NCBI GenBank assembly: GCA_964035545.1
Contig: OZ037773.1
Span: 8,585,751-8,649,750, forward strand
Direction: 5' to 3'
DNA: 64,000 nt
DNA from: Bugula neritina
Taxonomy: Eukaryota; Animalia; Bryozoa
This document shows, one piece after another, positions 37,601 through 62,055 of the stretch. Both the position numbers and the translations under genes were made by a program. The notes under the pieces were generated by a model. It was not told the origin of the DNA and did not search any database. It saw only the letters and a program-made list of their open reading frames with translations. The first letter of the stretch is position 1. Each line of letters starts with the position of its first letter.

Positions 37601-40260
37601 CTTTGAGTGATAACAAGTAGACATTCTACACAGTCCATCCGCAAGTTTACGTCTGTTAGGTTCTGTATTAGCAACTGTAATACGCAACACAACAACTTTA
37701 ATATTCAGTAGCAAAATATAATATATTTACTGTAAAAGATATATTGTGGCGCACAGTACAAACAATCACATTAACCTTGTAATATAAAAAGGAAATGACA
37801 GAATTAGACTGAGATTCTTACAGGTATTAGCAGATCGTTATGGGAAAGTACGAAGCTTGCGCTACACCACCCGACATATCCCATGATAGTTTGGAGTGTA
37901 GACTTTGTAACTGCCAACTGTGTAGGGTCACTAGTCTACAGAAATATAAACCCATCACTGTGCTGCTGTGTCGTGAGATGACATGGGATAGCAGGTGCCA
38001 CAGCAGGTGCCACAGCAGGTATTGAAACATGTGATGAAACGAAATGGTATGAAGATATATTACACACTAGACTTACACTATGGTATGTGTATATATTACA
38101 TACTATACTTACACTATGGTATGTAGATATATTACATACTATACTTACACTATGGTATGTAGATATATTACATGTATACTATACTTACACTATGGTATGT
38201 AGATATATTCTGATTTAATGTTGTTATGAAGAAAGGGATGATTGAGGGAAGAGCCTGCATCAGCGCTGACTGAATATCCCGGCGTCTTTGAGCCGGCTTC
38301 ACCGTGTTCATAATAATGACGTCTTCGGCTAGTCTGAGAAACACTTTCATCACCGTGTCTGTTTTCTGGGCCTATGTCCATTTCAAACAAACTAATATAC
38401 TATACAGAGTAAATAAAGAGGGAGTTGTGTTCTCTATATTCTGTGTATATTATATTGCTCATCATACAAAACACAGTGTAGGTATATAATATTATATACA
38501 ATAGCAAGTAATTATAAAGCTACAATAACAGATTCACTCACTCACTCACTCACTCACTCACTCACTCACTCACTCACTCACTCACTCACTCACTCACTCA
38601 CTCACTCACTCACTCACTCACTCACTCACTCACTCACTCACTCAGACTAACTGACTGACTGACTCACTGAGACTGACTGACTCACACACTCACTGAGACT
38701 GACTGACTCACACACTCACTCGCTCACTCACTCACTCACTCACTCACTCACTCACTCACTCACTCACTCACTCACTCACTCACTCACTCACTCACTCACT
38801 CACTCACTCACTCGCTCACTCACTGAGACTGACTGACTCACCCACTCGCTCGCTCTCTCACACGCTTGCTCGTACCAACGCTTATACTCATATATAAGAG
38901 ATGCAGTAGAGAGTAGTGGAAAGACTGACCTGAGCAAAGGAACAGACGAGGCTCATATCATCAATGAATGACGGCCATTGCTGAGGCCACTCCCTCTTCA
39001 CTATCTCCACAATGCACTTAGCGAGCGTGTCCTTGACATAGATAGGCTCAGACGGAAGCATCTAGAACGTACACACGCTGAACATAGAATATTCCTGATT
39101 CTAGCTGACAATACTTCAAGTTAATTCGACACTTTTGATCAACACTATGCCCAGTGAATGTAGTGCAATGTTTTACAATTGTAAGATATAATAGAGAGAA
39201 TCGACCAAAAATTTACTACATTACATTACAAATTACTACAATGATTTTATTTACATTATTTGTCCAACATTCGCTACTAGATGCCAGTATTAGGATCAAT
39301 CACAGTTTATACTGACTTAATTTAAAGGAACAGACGAGCCTTTAACTGACTAGAACCTAAATGTGATTGGATGCTAAATAGCGATGATTGTAAACAGTGT
39401 TGTGATTGGATAAACAAGAAAGTAGGTTAAAAGTCAGACAATGTTGTCAACACTATGAGACCCTCACCTGATTTAACAAGGTAATGCAGACGTTCTGAAT
39501 TTTGTATCTGCTAGATGCTGTGATGTCATTCCAGTTTAACCTGAGAGAGATGCACCGGTATACAATATATATCATCTATATAATACATGCACAGTTGTAC
39601 ATTCACTTGATTACATGCTAAGAATAGTATTACATGAGCACACCCACTTGACTACATGCTAAGATGTAGTATTACATGAGCACACCCACTTGACTACATG
39701 CTAAGATGTAATATTACATGAGCACACTCACTTGATTACATGGTAAGTATAGTATTACATGAGTACACTCACTTGATTACATGCTCAACCACTTGGAAGG
39801 CAAAGTGCCGGAGTCTGGCATCATTGTCCACTTTGAGAATCTCATACAGCAACTCAGTGTTTTGTGGTGATGCTTGCTTGAATGCTTCACAAATCTGAAA
39901 CAAGAGAACATAATCTCTAGAGGAGACAACTTCAACTTTGTCCTTTTTAAGCAGGTAAAAGTTAGGCTTATGTTTCAAATTAGAGACTAAAATCATGGCT
40001 TAAACATAAATTCATAACTAAAATCGCGAATGATTAGCGCTGAAATAACTCACTTTTTAAAGTATTTTAGCTATATTCAAATATATTTCACTCTGTATTA
40101 TGTTACATCACATTATATGGTATACTTCACTTTGTAATATATTACATCATATTACCTGGTATGCCTCAGACCTTTGTTGAGGTGTGGATGTTGGAGAGAC
40201 ACAAAAAATTACAGCTTTTTTCAAGATTTCTGGAGTGATTTCTGATACGGTTTGCATCAT
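26359..40260 (-). CDS. XPO5: Exportin-5 (pre-miRNA nuclear export receptor), 29 coding exons, ~1188 aa
   Basis: Exons: 40156-40260, 39773-39894, 39468-39540, 38930-39061, 38189-38371, 37822-37935, 37520-37674, 36964-37063, 36195-36410, 35909-35999, 35465-35587, 34833-34975, 33386-33484, 32975-33094, 32171-32268, 31750-31842, 31507-31597, 31061-31126, 30201-30282, 29904-30029, 29598-29682, 29396-29501, 29074-29258, 28654-28795, 28301-28414, 28020-28124, 27432-27641, 26952-27083, 26359-26514. All are GT-AG and phase-consistent (3567 nt). Motifs RHFAFQVVEHVIK.NW, VEIVKREWPQQWP, FLRLAEDV..QRRRDIQ, LRPLCLHCP, THGKHD and SEQFKNNVVIRNLP match XPO5. Confidence 0.93.
27098..27411. repeat. Two short minisatellites in XPO5 intron 27 (24-bp unit near the acceptor, 21-bp unit near the donor)
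   Basis: CACACTGCAGATAACATTTTCATA x~4 (27098-27202) and GGCACCTGCAGTGTCCTGCCA x~4 (27333-27411). Confidence 0.9.
27652..28023. repeat. Minisatellite (~31-37-bp unit) filling XPO5 intron 26
   Basis: ACAGCTGATAGAACTGGTATTGTATACATAC-like copies run from the donor at 28019 almost to the acceptor at 27642. Confidence 0.93.
28448..28634. repeat. (ACT/ACC)n microsatellite
   Basis: Fills most of XPO5 intron 24 and is the source of the poly-Val ORF. Confidence 0.97.
32341..32984 (-). repeat. 20-bp tandem repeat x~32 made of XPO5 exon-14 end plus splice donor
   Basis: Minus-strand unit TCTCTATTCACT|GTAAGTAY; the exon-proximal copy is the real junction at 32975/32974. Confidence 0.97.
33504..34642. 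mobile_element. Non-autonomous hAT-superfamily DNA transposon (~1.14 kb) in XPO5 intron 12
   Basis: TIRs are CAGGGTTGGGGT(C)AATT and AATTACCCCAACCCTG. There is an exact 8-bp TSD GTACAGAG at 33496-33503 and 34643-34650, and subterminal (AATTAC)n arrays at both ends. No ORF. Confidence 0.92.
33758..34378. mobile_element. Nested MITE with ~200-bp diverged inverted arms inside the hAT element
   Basis: The left arm GTCATTCCATACCA..GTCTCAGATTTTG..GACCTACAC..CCTGACACAAA..GGAAAATTTGTGATTT..TTTTAGAC aligns with the reverse complement of ~34170-34378 (GGGTCATTCCATGCCA...). Confidence 0.8.
34651..34800. repeat. Minisatellite, 24-bp unit x6 (TAATAGTGAGTATATTGTATATAC)
   Basis: Lies between the exon-12 donor and the hAT TSD. 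Confidence 0.93.
38064..38209 (-). repeat. ~36-bp tandem repeat x4 made of XPO5 exon-5 end plus splice donor
   Basis: Minus-strand unit AATATATCTACATACCATAGT|GTAAGTATAGTATGT; the real junction is 38189/38188. Confidence 0.95.
38533..38850. repeat. (ACTC)n microsatellite with GACT interruptions
   Basis: Directly visible in XPO5 intron 4. Confidence 0.97.
39597..39786 (-). repeat. ~41-42-bp tandem repeat x~4.5 made of XPO5 exon-2 end plus splice donor
   Basis: Minus-strand unit AGCATGTAATCAA|GTGRGTGTGCTCATGTAATACT...; the real junction is 39773/39772. Confidence 0.93.
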
Positions 40261-42185
40261 CAATCTGTAAAAATTGATAAGAAATGCTGGTGAAAAGTGG
40301 TTAGGAAGTTAGTTGTTTCTTTCACATAATAAAATCATGCCATTAATTGTTTTGCATTGTTTTAGTAAAACTTAAAGTTCACTAAAACTCTTCAGCAAAA
40401 CTTATCTCAATATGTAGAAGTTACATTAATATTATTATCATTACGCTTACAATATTACACAATTGGTATATTTCAATTTATCATCTTACATTAATTTAAA
40501 TTTAATTGACATATTCATATCCATATTGCTTTTAATTGTGAACTTTTACTTTGACGTGATATGGAATTTGATATAGTAATAATATAATTATATCAATCTA
40601 AATTACCAACATGAAAATCAAAATATTAATCGATAAAAAACATCAATATGAATAATGAATATGAGTATATACTCATATACTCATATAGCAATGATAATTA
40701 ATATTATAATTAAATCTAATAATTATATAAATTAAAACATAACTATTTCTAAAGTATTGCTTATAGTTATTTATTTAATATTAGTATTTCATTACAACTA
40801 TATTGAATATCGATTTGATTTAGATTGATTTTGCTGTTCACTAGAATTTTTATATTAATACCAAGTCTAATAGTAATAGCAGTACTAATACTAATAGTTA
40901 TTATAATAGTAATAGTATTATTAAAATTATTATTATTTTCTATAAACAATACACTTAAATTAAAGAAGGACTCACAATCTCAACCAGAATCATGATAAAA
41001 CTGAATGTGATTGTGAATCACACTCACTCATTTACTGAGAGTCACTGTGACTGTCGGACTAGGTGTGAGACTGAGCGTCAGAGTGAGTACTGAGTCTGAA
41101 TATTTGACACTATTTGAAAATGAAAGTCCCTTTCAAAGTAAAATAAATATCGAATAAAATAACAATTTGATAAAAAAAACAACACCAATTCATAATGACT
41201 ACCAATCAAACAATAATTTTAGATATAAAATGAACTTATTATTGCAATAATAACTGTAATTCTGTAGCTACCAAGCATTTATAATTACAATGATAATTAT
41301 CAAAGCAAGAGAAGTTGAAAAAAAGTATGACGAGAAAGGATTTAATTACCTTCGCTAAATTCACCCACAATCTTACATTTTTATATAAAATTGTTTAGTG
41401 GTCAAAATTTCCATTCTTATATTTTGTTTAAGAGTTGTCCTCTGTATGTAAGGATAACAAATCCGTTGCTATGCAAAGTGCCTGATAACTTCAATTTATT
41501 GACAGTTGCTCAGTGCAAAACATTATTATTGATGTTGGTAAATAAGTATGCATGCGTCAAGCGTATGAGAAGTTTGTTGACACTTCTATCAGTATGATTA
41601 CTGTATTTATTCCACTGCAATATTCTGTTGCAAAATATTTGTTGAAAAATACAGTTATTTTGTAGGTAAGTATTAAATGGAGAATTAATAAAATTGCAAT
41701 ATTACATTATTGTATAACCATAAAACACCTACTTTTAAAAATTACTATTGACAGATGATCATGATGATGCAAATAACTATAAATTGCATTCACATGATAA
41801 ATTATTACTTTGCTAAGAAAGTTCTGAAGATAAAATATTTTAGGTAGTTTTACTTGTAATCTGGCAATCGAGACTGTAGGAAAATAAATTAAGAGTTGCC
41901 TTTCCAGAATGCCTCAACAACGTGCAGAAAATTCTGCATAAATTAGTGCAAAGCTATTAAACTTGTAAAGTTTTTATTTTACTAAGTGTATTGAAGTAAA
42001 CCACACTACAAACTATTTTATTATAATAAAACCCACAGCAATACAAAGTGAAAAATAATCCTTGCACCTCTTATTCAAAAATACAACATTTCACAGCATA
42101 ACAGAGTTTTCGGTAAAGAAATATTCAGTCGCCCTCGAAACTCAGCACTGAAAGTTAAATAGAGCCATATGTTAGCAACAATTAT

Positions 42186-44168
42186 CTATTTGTCAGCACT
42201 AGGGAAAATAACACCGTGCATATAGTTGGCACATTTGTTGGCAGTATTAGACACCAGACCAGGGAAGCTCGCTATGGATGCAGCAGACCACTCTATGCCT
42301 GAAAAATGACACAAATGAACAATTTTATGAACGGAAGATTTTAATTTTACTTCTGTAAGCCATGACAAGACAAGGTAAGCAAGCTCTTGCAGGAATTCTT
42401 GAGTTATGATCACAACTCATAGTCGCTGTACTTGATAGCATATTAGAACCATACTTGTAATAAGCATACTAACCTAGCTAATATTAGCAGGCCCAGCTGG
42501 CCATCTCTAGTAGAGACAGCATTGAGTGAGCAGCATCAGATGAAATTAATTGTTTGTTTGACTTTCTTTCACTCACTTCAAATCTATGCCTAACCTAACT
42601 TAGTACTGAGATTCAATAACAGTTGCACAAGATGAGTACTAGAAGTACTACAATTACTGACTGTACTATGAGTACTACTAACTGTAAGTATAGTACTACT
42701 GACTGTACTATGAGTATTACTGGCTGTACTATGAATATTATTCACCATCATTGAGTCTTCTCACTTACCACTGTTCCAGCTTGATTTCAGTGCACTCCTG
42801 ACTTCTGCTGATTTTGGTATCTGAAATCCCACACAAAATATAAAATAACTCGTAATCAGATTATTACTAAAACTGGCCCAATTAATTTTTGTACACTGTG
42901 CAAATGATGCTCAAAATTTAAAAACTGAAACACACTTATTTTGTCTAAAAATTGTTATATTTAAAATCTTTTACTCTAAATATTTCCTACTATTTAGTGC
43001 TTTGTGCATCACTAGATAATATCAAGTTATTGGTCAAAAGCTAAAAAATATTACTCGGTATTGCATGTTTGTTTATTGATATTATAACAATTAGTTTTCA
43101 GGCGCTCGCACGCACGCACGCACTGACATATGTATATAAATTCAGTAAGCCTGCCAGCTTACAATGATGCACTACTTAGTAGAATATATATACTAGATAC
43201 CTGATTAATGTAATCATTAGTAGCTGGAATAACAGTCTCTCTGAAGTTTGAGAGAGCGTCTGCACCATCATATGTGGAGGATGACCAAACACCTTTCTGA
43301 ACAGTGAAGTAGGTAGCACCCCCAACGGCTGAACCCCGTACTCCAAGTCTAAAACCATGGTATCCATATCTATTATCCATGTCACCATGTGTATTACAAT
43401 GTTATTGGTTAACTAGTTTATTTTTTATAAATTGGAAGTTCACAATCATAATACTGAATTTAACAGCATTTTCATGGTGGTGATACAAGCGACAGACATG
43501 AATATGATAATCAATATTCTGTTACAATTAAAAATACACTATATATGATATAAGAATTATTTATCACAGCATTTGACTTTAAATTTCAGTTTAAGCTTCA
43601 AGAAATACTAATAAGTCAAAAGGACTTACTATGAAAATAAATATGAATCTAATCAATATTATTCAAAGGCAAACTTATTAATTATAGTGAAGCCATATGT
43701 GATACGTGGTCAACTTTAAGATTGCAGTTAAGGTTTCCGTTAAATTTAATTTCTAAAATAAATCTCCCACGGCTATTATATTAGTTATTAAAGGTCAGTC
43801 TCAAGATAGATGTAGATGTTAATAAATAGTGAACTACAAATTTCGTTTCTGACGATTTTTGATTTATTCATAATTATATTTTATTAAAATTATTGAAATC
43901 TTCATCTTTAAATTTAAAGACAAAATAAATTTCATTTTAGACTTCAGATCCAACTGTTCAACTCCTACACTTACAGTCTTAGTCTTACTTTTGTCGAGAT
44001 TGAGGTTTTGGTTTTACTTATACAATAACTTATAGTTAAGATTACTATTAGTGTTACTACTAATTATTAGTATTAGCAAAAAACTGAAAGTGGAAGTTAG
44101 AGTTACTGTTAATGTTAGTTTTGGTCTATGTCATTGTGATTGTCTTACGAGATGATTTGTGTCAACAT
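42186..44168 (-). CDS. MICOS13: MICOS complex subunit MIC13 (QIL1), 4 exons, ~110 aa
   Basis: Exons 44149-44168, 43201-43348, 42769-42820 and 42186-42298 encode MLTQIISLGVRGSAVGGATYFTVQKGVWSSS..VIPATNDYINQIPKSAEVRSALKSSWNSGIEWSAASIASFP. It has the GxxxG TM segment and WN.G motif typical of MIC13. The first 20-nt exon is less certain. Confidence 0.85.
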
Positions 44169-44975
44169 CTTGACTTGATCTTTACTTCTGGACGTAGTCA
44201 GTAGTAGGACTAGTTCTACTTGTAGTAGTAGTTCTTCAAGTTACTCTTGCTGTCTCAGTTTTGAGAATCCGAATAGTTAATAATGAACGTACTTGTGTCT
44301 TGACCTTGTACTACTACTAGTACTTGTAGTATATCAATATGAATATGAATAAATCAGAATAATGAATATCTAGTTCTACTTCTGTTTCGAGTTTCAATGA
44401 ATAAACGAGCCAAGTTCTTAACTTGTGACAGTTGCTCTAAACAACAATAACAACTATGTTTAGAGTTTATGATAAAACAATTTTTCAAAGTACTGAAAAT
44501 AGTAAACTTAATGATGAGTTAATGTTATGCCATAACTCGAATCTTGGAAACTCGAAACTACAGAATCTCTTTGCAGAATCTCAAATGATGAATGAAGATT
44601 TATGGGAATCGGGGGATGTGCTTAGCCCAAGTTTATTGTTATTGTCAGGTGTAAAGAGGCGCGGCAATAGTTACTCTGGACTTTGAAACGCATATCAAAA
44701 CTAGAGTCACACCCGCCCGAAATTCTATTCCAAATTCAGTTATATTTCTGACATTACGATTCATAAAGTCTATTTTTGTTGATAGTCCGAATAGCCGAGT
44801 TACTAAAATACCTAGTTGTACGAATAATTTATAAGTCGAAGTTGCGGCGTTGCTAACTACCATACACCCACGAGATTCAGCTGCCACTTTGCAAAGCAGT
44901 AGTGTGCAGGCTAGTGTCTTTTTAGACAACCTAACATTGAAATTAAAATAGGAAAGAAAATTTTGATTTATCACC
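44169..44975. promoter_or_regulatory. Putative bidirectional promoter (MICOS13 / GLO1)
   Basis: The divergent ATGs are 807 bp apart, with a CpG-richer patch at ~44650-44910 flanked by very AT-rich DNA. Confidence 0.55.
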
Positions 44976-47900
44976 ATGTCTGAATTAAAGCCAATGTCAG
45001 CTGCCGACCAAGCTGCATCAATAGTGAATCCTGATGTTGCCACAAAAGTAAGATTATTAATAATAATTACAACTTTTACTTTTAGTTTTAGTAATACTAA
45101 TACAGTAAATGTAATAGTAAATGTAATACTAATAGTTTGACTTTTACTTTAGCCTTAGGTGTAACTTTAAGTTTAAGTTTTAGAATTGAAATGCTCAAAT
45201 AGTGAAATACCTATATTGAAAGAGATATTAAAGTTAAACGTAGAAACTGGAACTTGACGTTAGTTAATGTTATCACCTAATAGTAATCATAATCATAATG
45301 ATAATGGCTTATCAATTATCATTATCATTATGTTTTTATATTCATTTTGATATTTGTATTACTATTAGTATTAGTATTATATTTATTGCATTTGTGCTTA
45401 ATAATAGAATTAATTGTTGCTATAATATTATTTAATTTTGAAATAATTATTAGTAATAAAATTATATGCAATCGCTAAATTGCTAATGACTAAAACTAAA
45501 AGTAATACTAATAGTAATAATAATAGTATTACTATTAGTGAATTACATATGACTATGTTTGTAATTTTAATTAATTTTATAGATATCGTATAATTGTAAA
45601 CTCAGTAGTAAATCAGTAAATGATTTTAGTTTTGTTTAACTTTATGAGCATGATTAGGTAAATATTGAAACTGATGGTAATCATACTAAATCTAATATGA
45701 ATACTATAATCATAATCAAATTGAGATGATACTGGGGGCTTACCGGAAATGTGCATATGGGAGTTGTTCACATAATTATATGCATTCCATTATTTTGTAA
45801 TTGCACTTGTCTGAAAATGAGTTCAGCTAAAACAAATTTGATCTATTTTAAAGCAATGATCAATGAGTACCATCATAACAACCCGTATTCACAGGAACCA
45901 GCATATTTTCTTAGGTGCAACTATCACAACTGATCAGCAAGAGCTATATTAGAATAAGTTGTTGAGTCTTGCCGGCTACAATGAACATATTATGTGTGTA
46001 TGTAATGATTGAGTGAGTAGGGTTTTCAAAAAGGTTGCCTAAATTATAGAATTCTGTTTAAAATGAAATATAAGTGAGTTTGATGCTAGAATTTAGTATG
46101 GAACATCGAATCTTGATGTAAGACATTTCTATGCGCCACATGCAACACAAAGCACCCTTAGTTTGGATGTTACTGCAGCAGTCTTATAATAAAGATAGAT
46201 AGAAAATGTTTACTAAAGATTCTTTATTAAAAATAACTCATAATATGATTAGTAAAGAGTGTTGAGGTTTAATCAGAACTTATACTTTCCTTTATCAGGA
46301 CTACATTATGCAGCAGACAATGATGCGTGTCAAAGACCCTAAGAAGTCTTTGAGGTTTTACACAGAAGTCCTGGGGATGAGGTACAACTCCAAAGTTAAT
46401 ATCTATGATCTAGTGCACTTATCACAGTATGCTAACTGTTAGATTGGCTGATAATACTAGCCATGTTGACATTTCAAACAGATGCATTCTACTTATTTTC
46501 TTGTTATTCAAGATTATTTTTTGACCTTTCAGACTATTCATTTCAGCAGAGAAGTTAACAAAATAAGAGCATAACATGTTTATTATTGAGGAATAGTATT
46601 TCAGTTTCCTAGCAGGACAAAATATACCCTTTATGTTACATATTATACTGAACTCGTCTGTTATCTATTCTTATGTAACTGTTAGCGAAATAGTGTGACT
46701 TCCTATCAACGTCTGCTGCAGGTTGTTGAGGAGGTTCGACTTTGAGGCAATGAAGTTCAGTCTCTACTTTATGGGATATGCAGAGGAGTCAGAAATTCCA
46801 AAGGGAGATAAGGAGTCTGTGATGTGGCTGTGTAAACAGAAGGCCACCGTAGAGCTTACTCAGTGCGTACTTGTTATACTATATGTTAGCTATGCTACTT
46901 GTTATACTATATGTTAGCTATGCTACTTGTTATACTATATGTTAGCTATGCTACTCGTTAGTACTACTAGTTATATGTTAGTACTGCTAGTTATTTGTTA
47001 GTATTACTAGTTATATGATAGTACTACTAGTTATATACTAGTACTACTAGCTATTTGTTAGTACTACTAGTTATATACTAGTACTACTAGTTATATGTTA
47101 GTACTACTAGTTATTATATCATAGTGTACTTGTAGTAACTGGGGCACAGAGAATGATGATACAGAATATCACAATGGAAATTCTGATCCTCGAGGATTTG
47201 GTAAGAATATCCTGTAACACCAATACCCAGTCTTTGCATCCTTCTCTCACTCTCCAACAGTCTTCGGCTTAGTAGACTGATGTGCAGTCTTTGTCAGGCT
47301 GTCGATTTCTACTAACTTTTTTTCTCTTCATTTTCTAGTCTCCGCCCTAATGTAATTTCTGTATTATATAGGTCACATCGGCATCTCTGTACCGGATGTC
47401 TTTGAGGCGTGTGAGAGATTTGAGAAGTTGAATGTGAAGTTCATCAAGCGTCCCAACGATGGTAAGAAACACGTTAGAGCACTAGATTCTAAGGCTATGC
47501 TGTAGCCGATAGATGGGGGGCCCGGTATTCAGCAAGTGGGCAGCTACCAGTTGTAGGATCTAAGGCCAACAAATAGTTTGTTTACTCAGCAAACTGAAGT
47601 TCTCCCTTATTATGGTACAACTACCACTACTAATTCCACACTACTATAGACCATGTCTGCTGTATTCAGCATAAACTCCTAATAGTTTATGCTTATTGAT
47701 AATTATGTGAGTGTTACTGAGTTAATGGAATATGTTCATGTATAAAACTGTAAATTATATATATTGTTGAGTATTTTGCTGATGAACATAACCTCGAACC
47801 TATTCATTGACAGTGCAGTCTCAAATATAGCCACATTTCTAGTGTTCTCGCTGTGTAGTTGTGGGAAGCTACCTTACACCTGTCTCTCTTGTAGGTAAGA

Positions 47901-47986
47901 TGAGAGGCATTGCGTTCATCCAGGATCCAGATGGATACTGGATTGAGATTCTGTCAGCTAAAGATATGGCGGCTAACGCAGTTTAG
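44976..47986 (+). CDS. GLO1: Lactoylglutathione lyase (glyoxalase I), 6 exons, ~180 aa
   Basis: Exons 44976-45047, 46299-46381, 46722-46862, 47136-47200, 47372-47461 and 47895-47986. Motifs [49 protein letters not shown] and [13 protein letters not shown] are present, including the metal ligands Q/E/H/E. Confidence 0.97.
46868..47113. repeat. Compound minisatellite filling GLO1 intron 3
   Basis: A 28-bp unit TACTTGTTATACTATATGTTAGCTATGC x3 starts just after the donor, followed by a 20-bp unit GTACTACTAGTTATATGTTA x~8. Confidence 0.93.
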
Positions 47987-49451
47987 TCATGCCTAGTCTT
48001 TTCATACTATATCTTCTCTGGTCCAATGTTATTCTAGTTTCTTCTATTTTATAGTCCAAAACTTTGCAGTAAACTACGCCTATGTTCAACTGTCTGCTCA
48101 ATTGTTTCTATTTCTATCATAGAATTGCGTTAGTCAATAGTTTCATCAACTGTATACGCACTTGTGTGTTAAATTTATATTAGACTTGCTTCGTTAAATA
48201 TGAGTTCAGATTCGACTTGACTTGCATCATCTGTTTAGAATGTTTTCTATTGATATTTTTAAAGAGGTGTATTTTGCAAATTAAAATAAAGCTCCTAATT
48301 TTGTCAACCTTTGCACCTATCTATTGACCACCTAATAATTTCTAGTCTAAGTAGGGTATCTTTTCAAGGAGGTTCAATAAATACCTTACAACTCCTCACT
48401 TCATTTCAATAACATTCTCAGCTGATGGGATTATCTGCTCCTTACTTCCTGCACACATCATCTACACACACTGCAGGTTGTATTAGTTCTGATCCTAGGC
48501 TCCAAATAACATCCCAGAGTAAAGTTGGCAAAGTGCAAGCCTCCTGCAAATCTTGTAGTATGTATGGCACACATTTTATGCGCAACAATAATTATAATTC
48601 TAATATGGTATCCAGTAAAAGGACAGACAACTTCTAGAATACCCCATGTGATTAGGTACACCAACAACGGCTAGAGTGATTTAAATAATAAACCTGTGTG
48701 CTATCCACATGTATTAAAATATGCCATGTGACCTCACCTGTTACAACATGGATTTGCAGTATAAAGTATCATGAATAATATTTTATACTGCAGAATAGCC
48801 AAGTACTACAAACGAAATACAAGAAGGAAATTTTACAAGTGAGATAATTTATTTCTTGAAAAGAATTCTTATATATCGAAAAATAAGTTGGCAAAATAAG
48901 ATATTTTCTTGTGATTGATCGTCAAAAAATACCTACAAAATTTATGAGCCCAACAGAACGCATGTGAAATATATAGTGGAATAATAACTCCAAGTAATTA
49001 GAACACATGTGAAATATGTAATATATAGAGAAGTTCTACAATGCACTGGACGATGGCTTGCATAATTCGGACGTTAAACTGGACAAAGGTAAAATAGACG
49101 AAATGCTATATACCGTGTTATGGCAGGAATTCTATAGATTATCCAGCAAATGACGTAAAATAAAACAACAGTTACAACAATTGAAAAAATAGAAAGTCGC
49201 AAAGTAGCAACAATAATCTAATACTGAGCAAGTAACGTAGCAGTAATAGCAAACTGTAATTCTACTGGACAGAATATAATGAATGTAAACAAGTGGAACA
49301 ATAACTCCAAATAATTCTGAAGGGCATGCATTGAGTGTATGTACATGCATAACAAGTCACATGCTGTTTAGTGTATAGTCAGTACGTTATATATAGCTGG
49401 AGATTCAATGTACAATATCAGTGTAGAAGGGGTCGTGCTGAGCCCAAACCT

Positions 49452-62055
<12,604 letters not shown>

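Noticed and set aside
26359-40260. Alternative identity as exportin-1 or exportin-T
   Set aside because: KREWPQQW, FLRLAEDV..QRRRDI, the C-terminal EQF..V.IRNLP and the ~1190-aa length fit XPO5 better.
40260-42186. MICOS13-XPO5 as a trans-spliced operon (same strand, 1.9 kb gap, acceptor 4 nt before the XPO5 ATG)
   Set aside because: A plausible upstream donor (GAAG|GTAATT near 41350) would explain the acceptor as an ordinary 5'UTR intron. There is no evidence for a spliced leader.
44645-45043. 132-aa - strand ORF as the MICOS13 N-terminus or a separate gene
   Set aside because: It overlaps GLO1 exon 1 antisense and the promoter. No phase-compatible donor to MICOS13 exon 2 was found and there is no recognisable homology.
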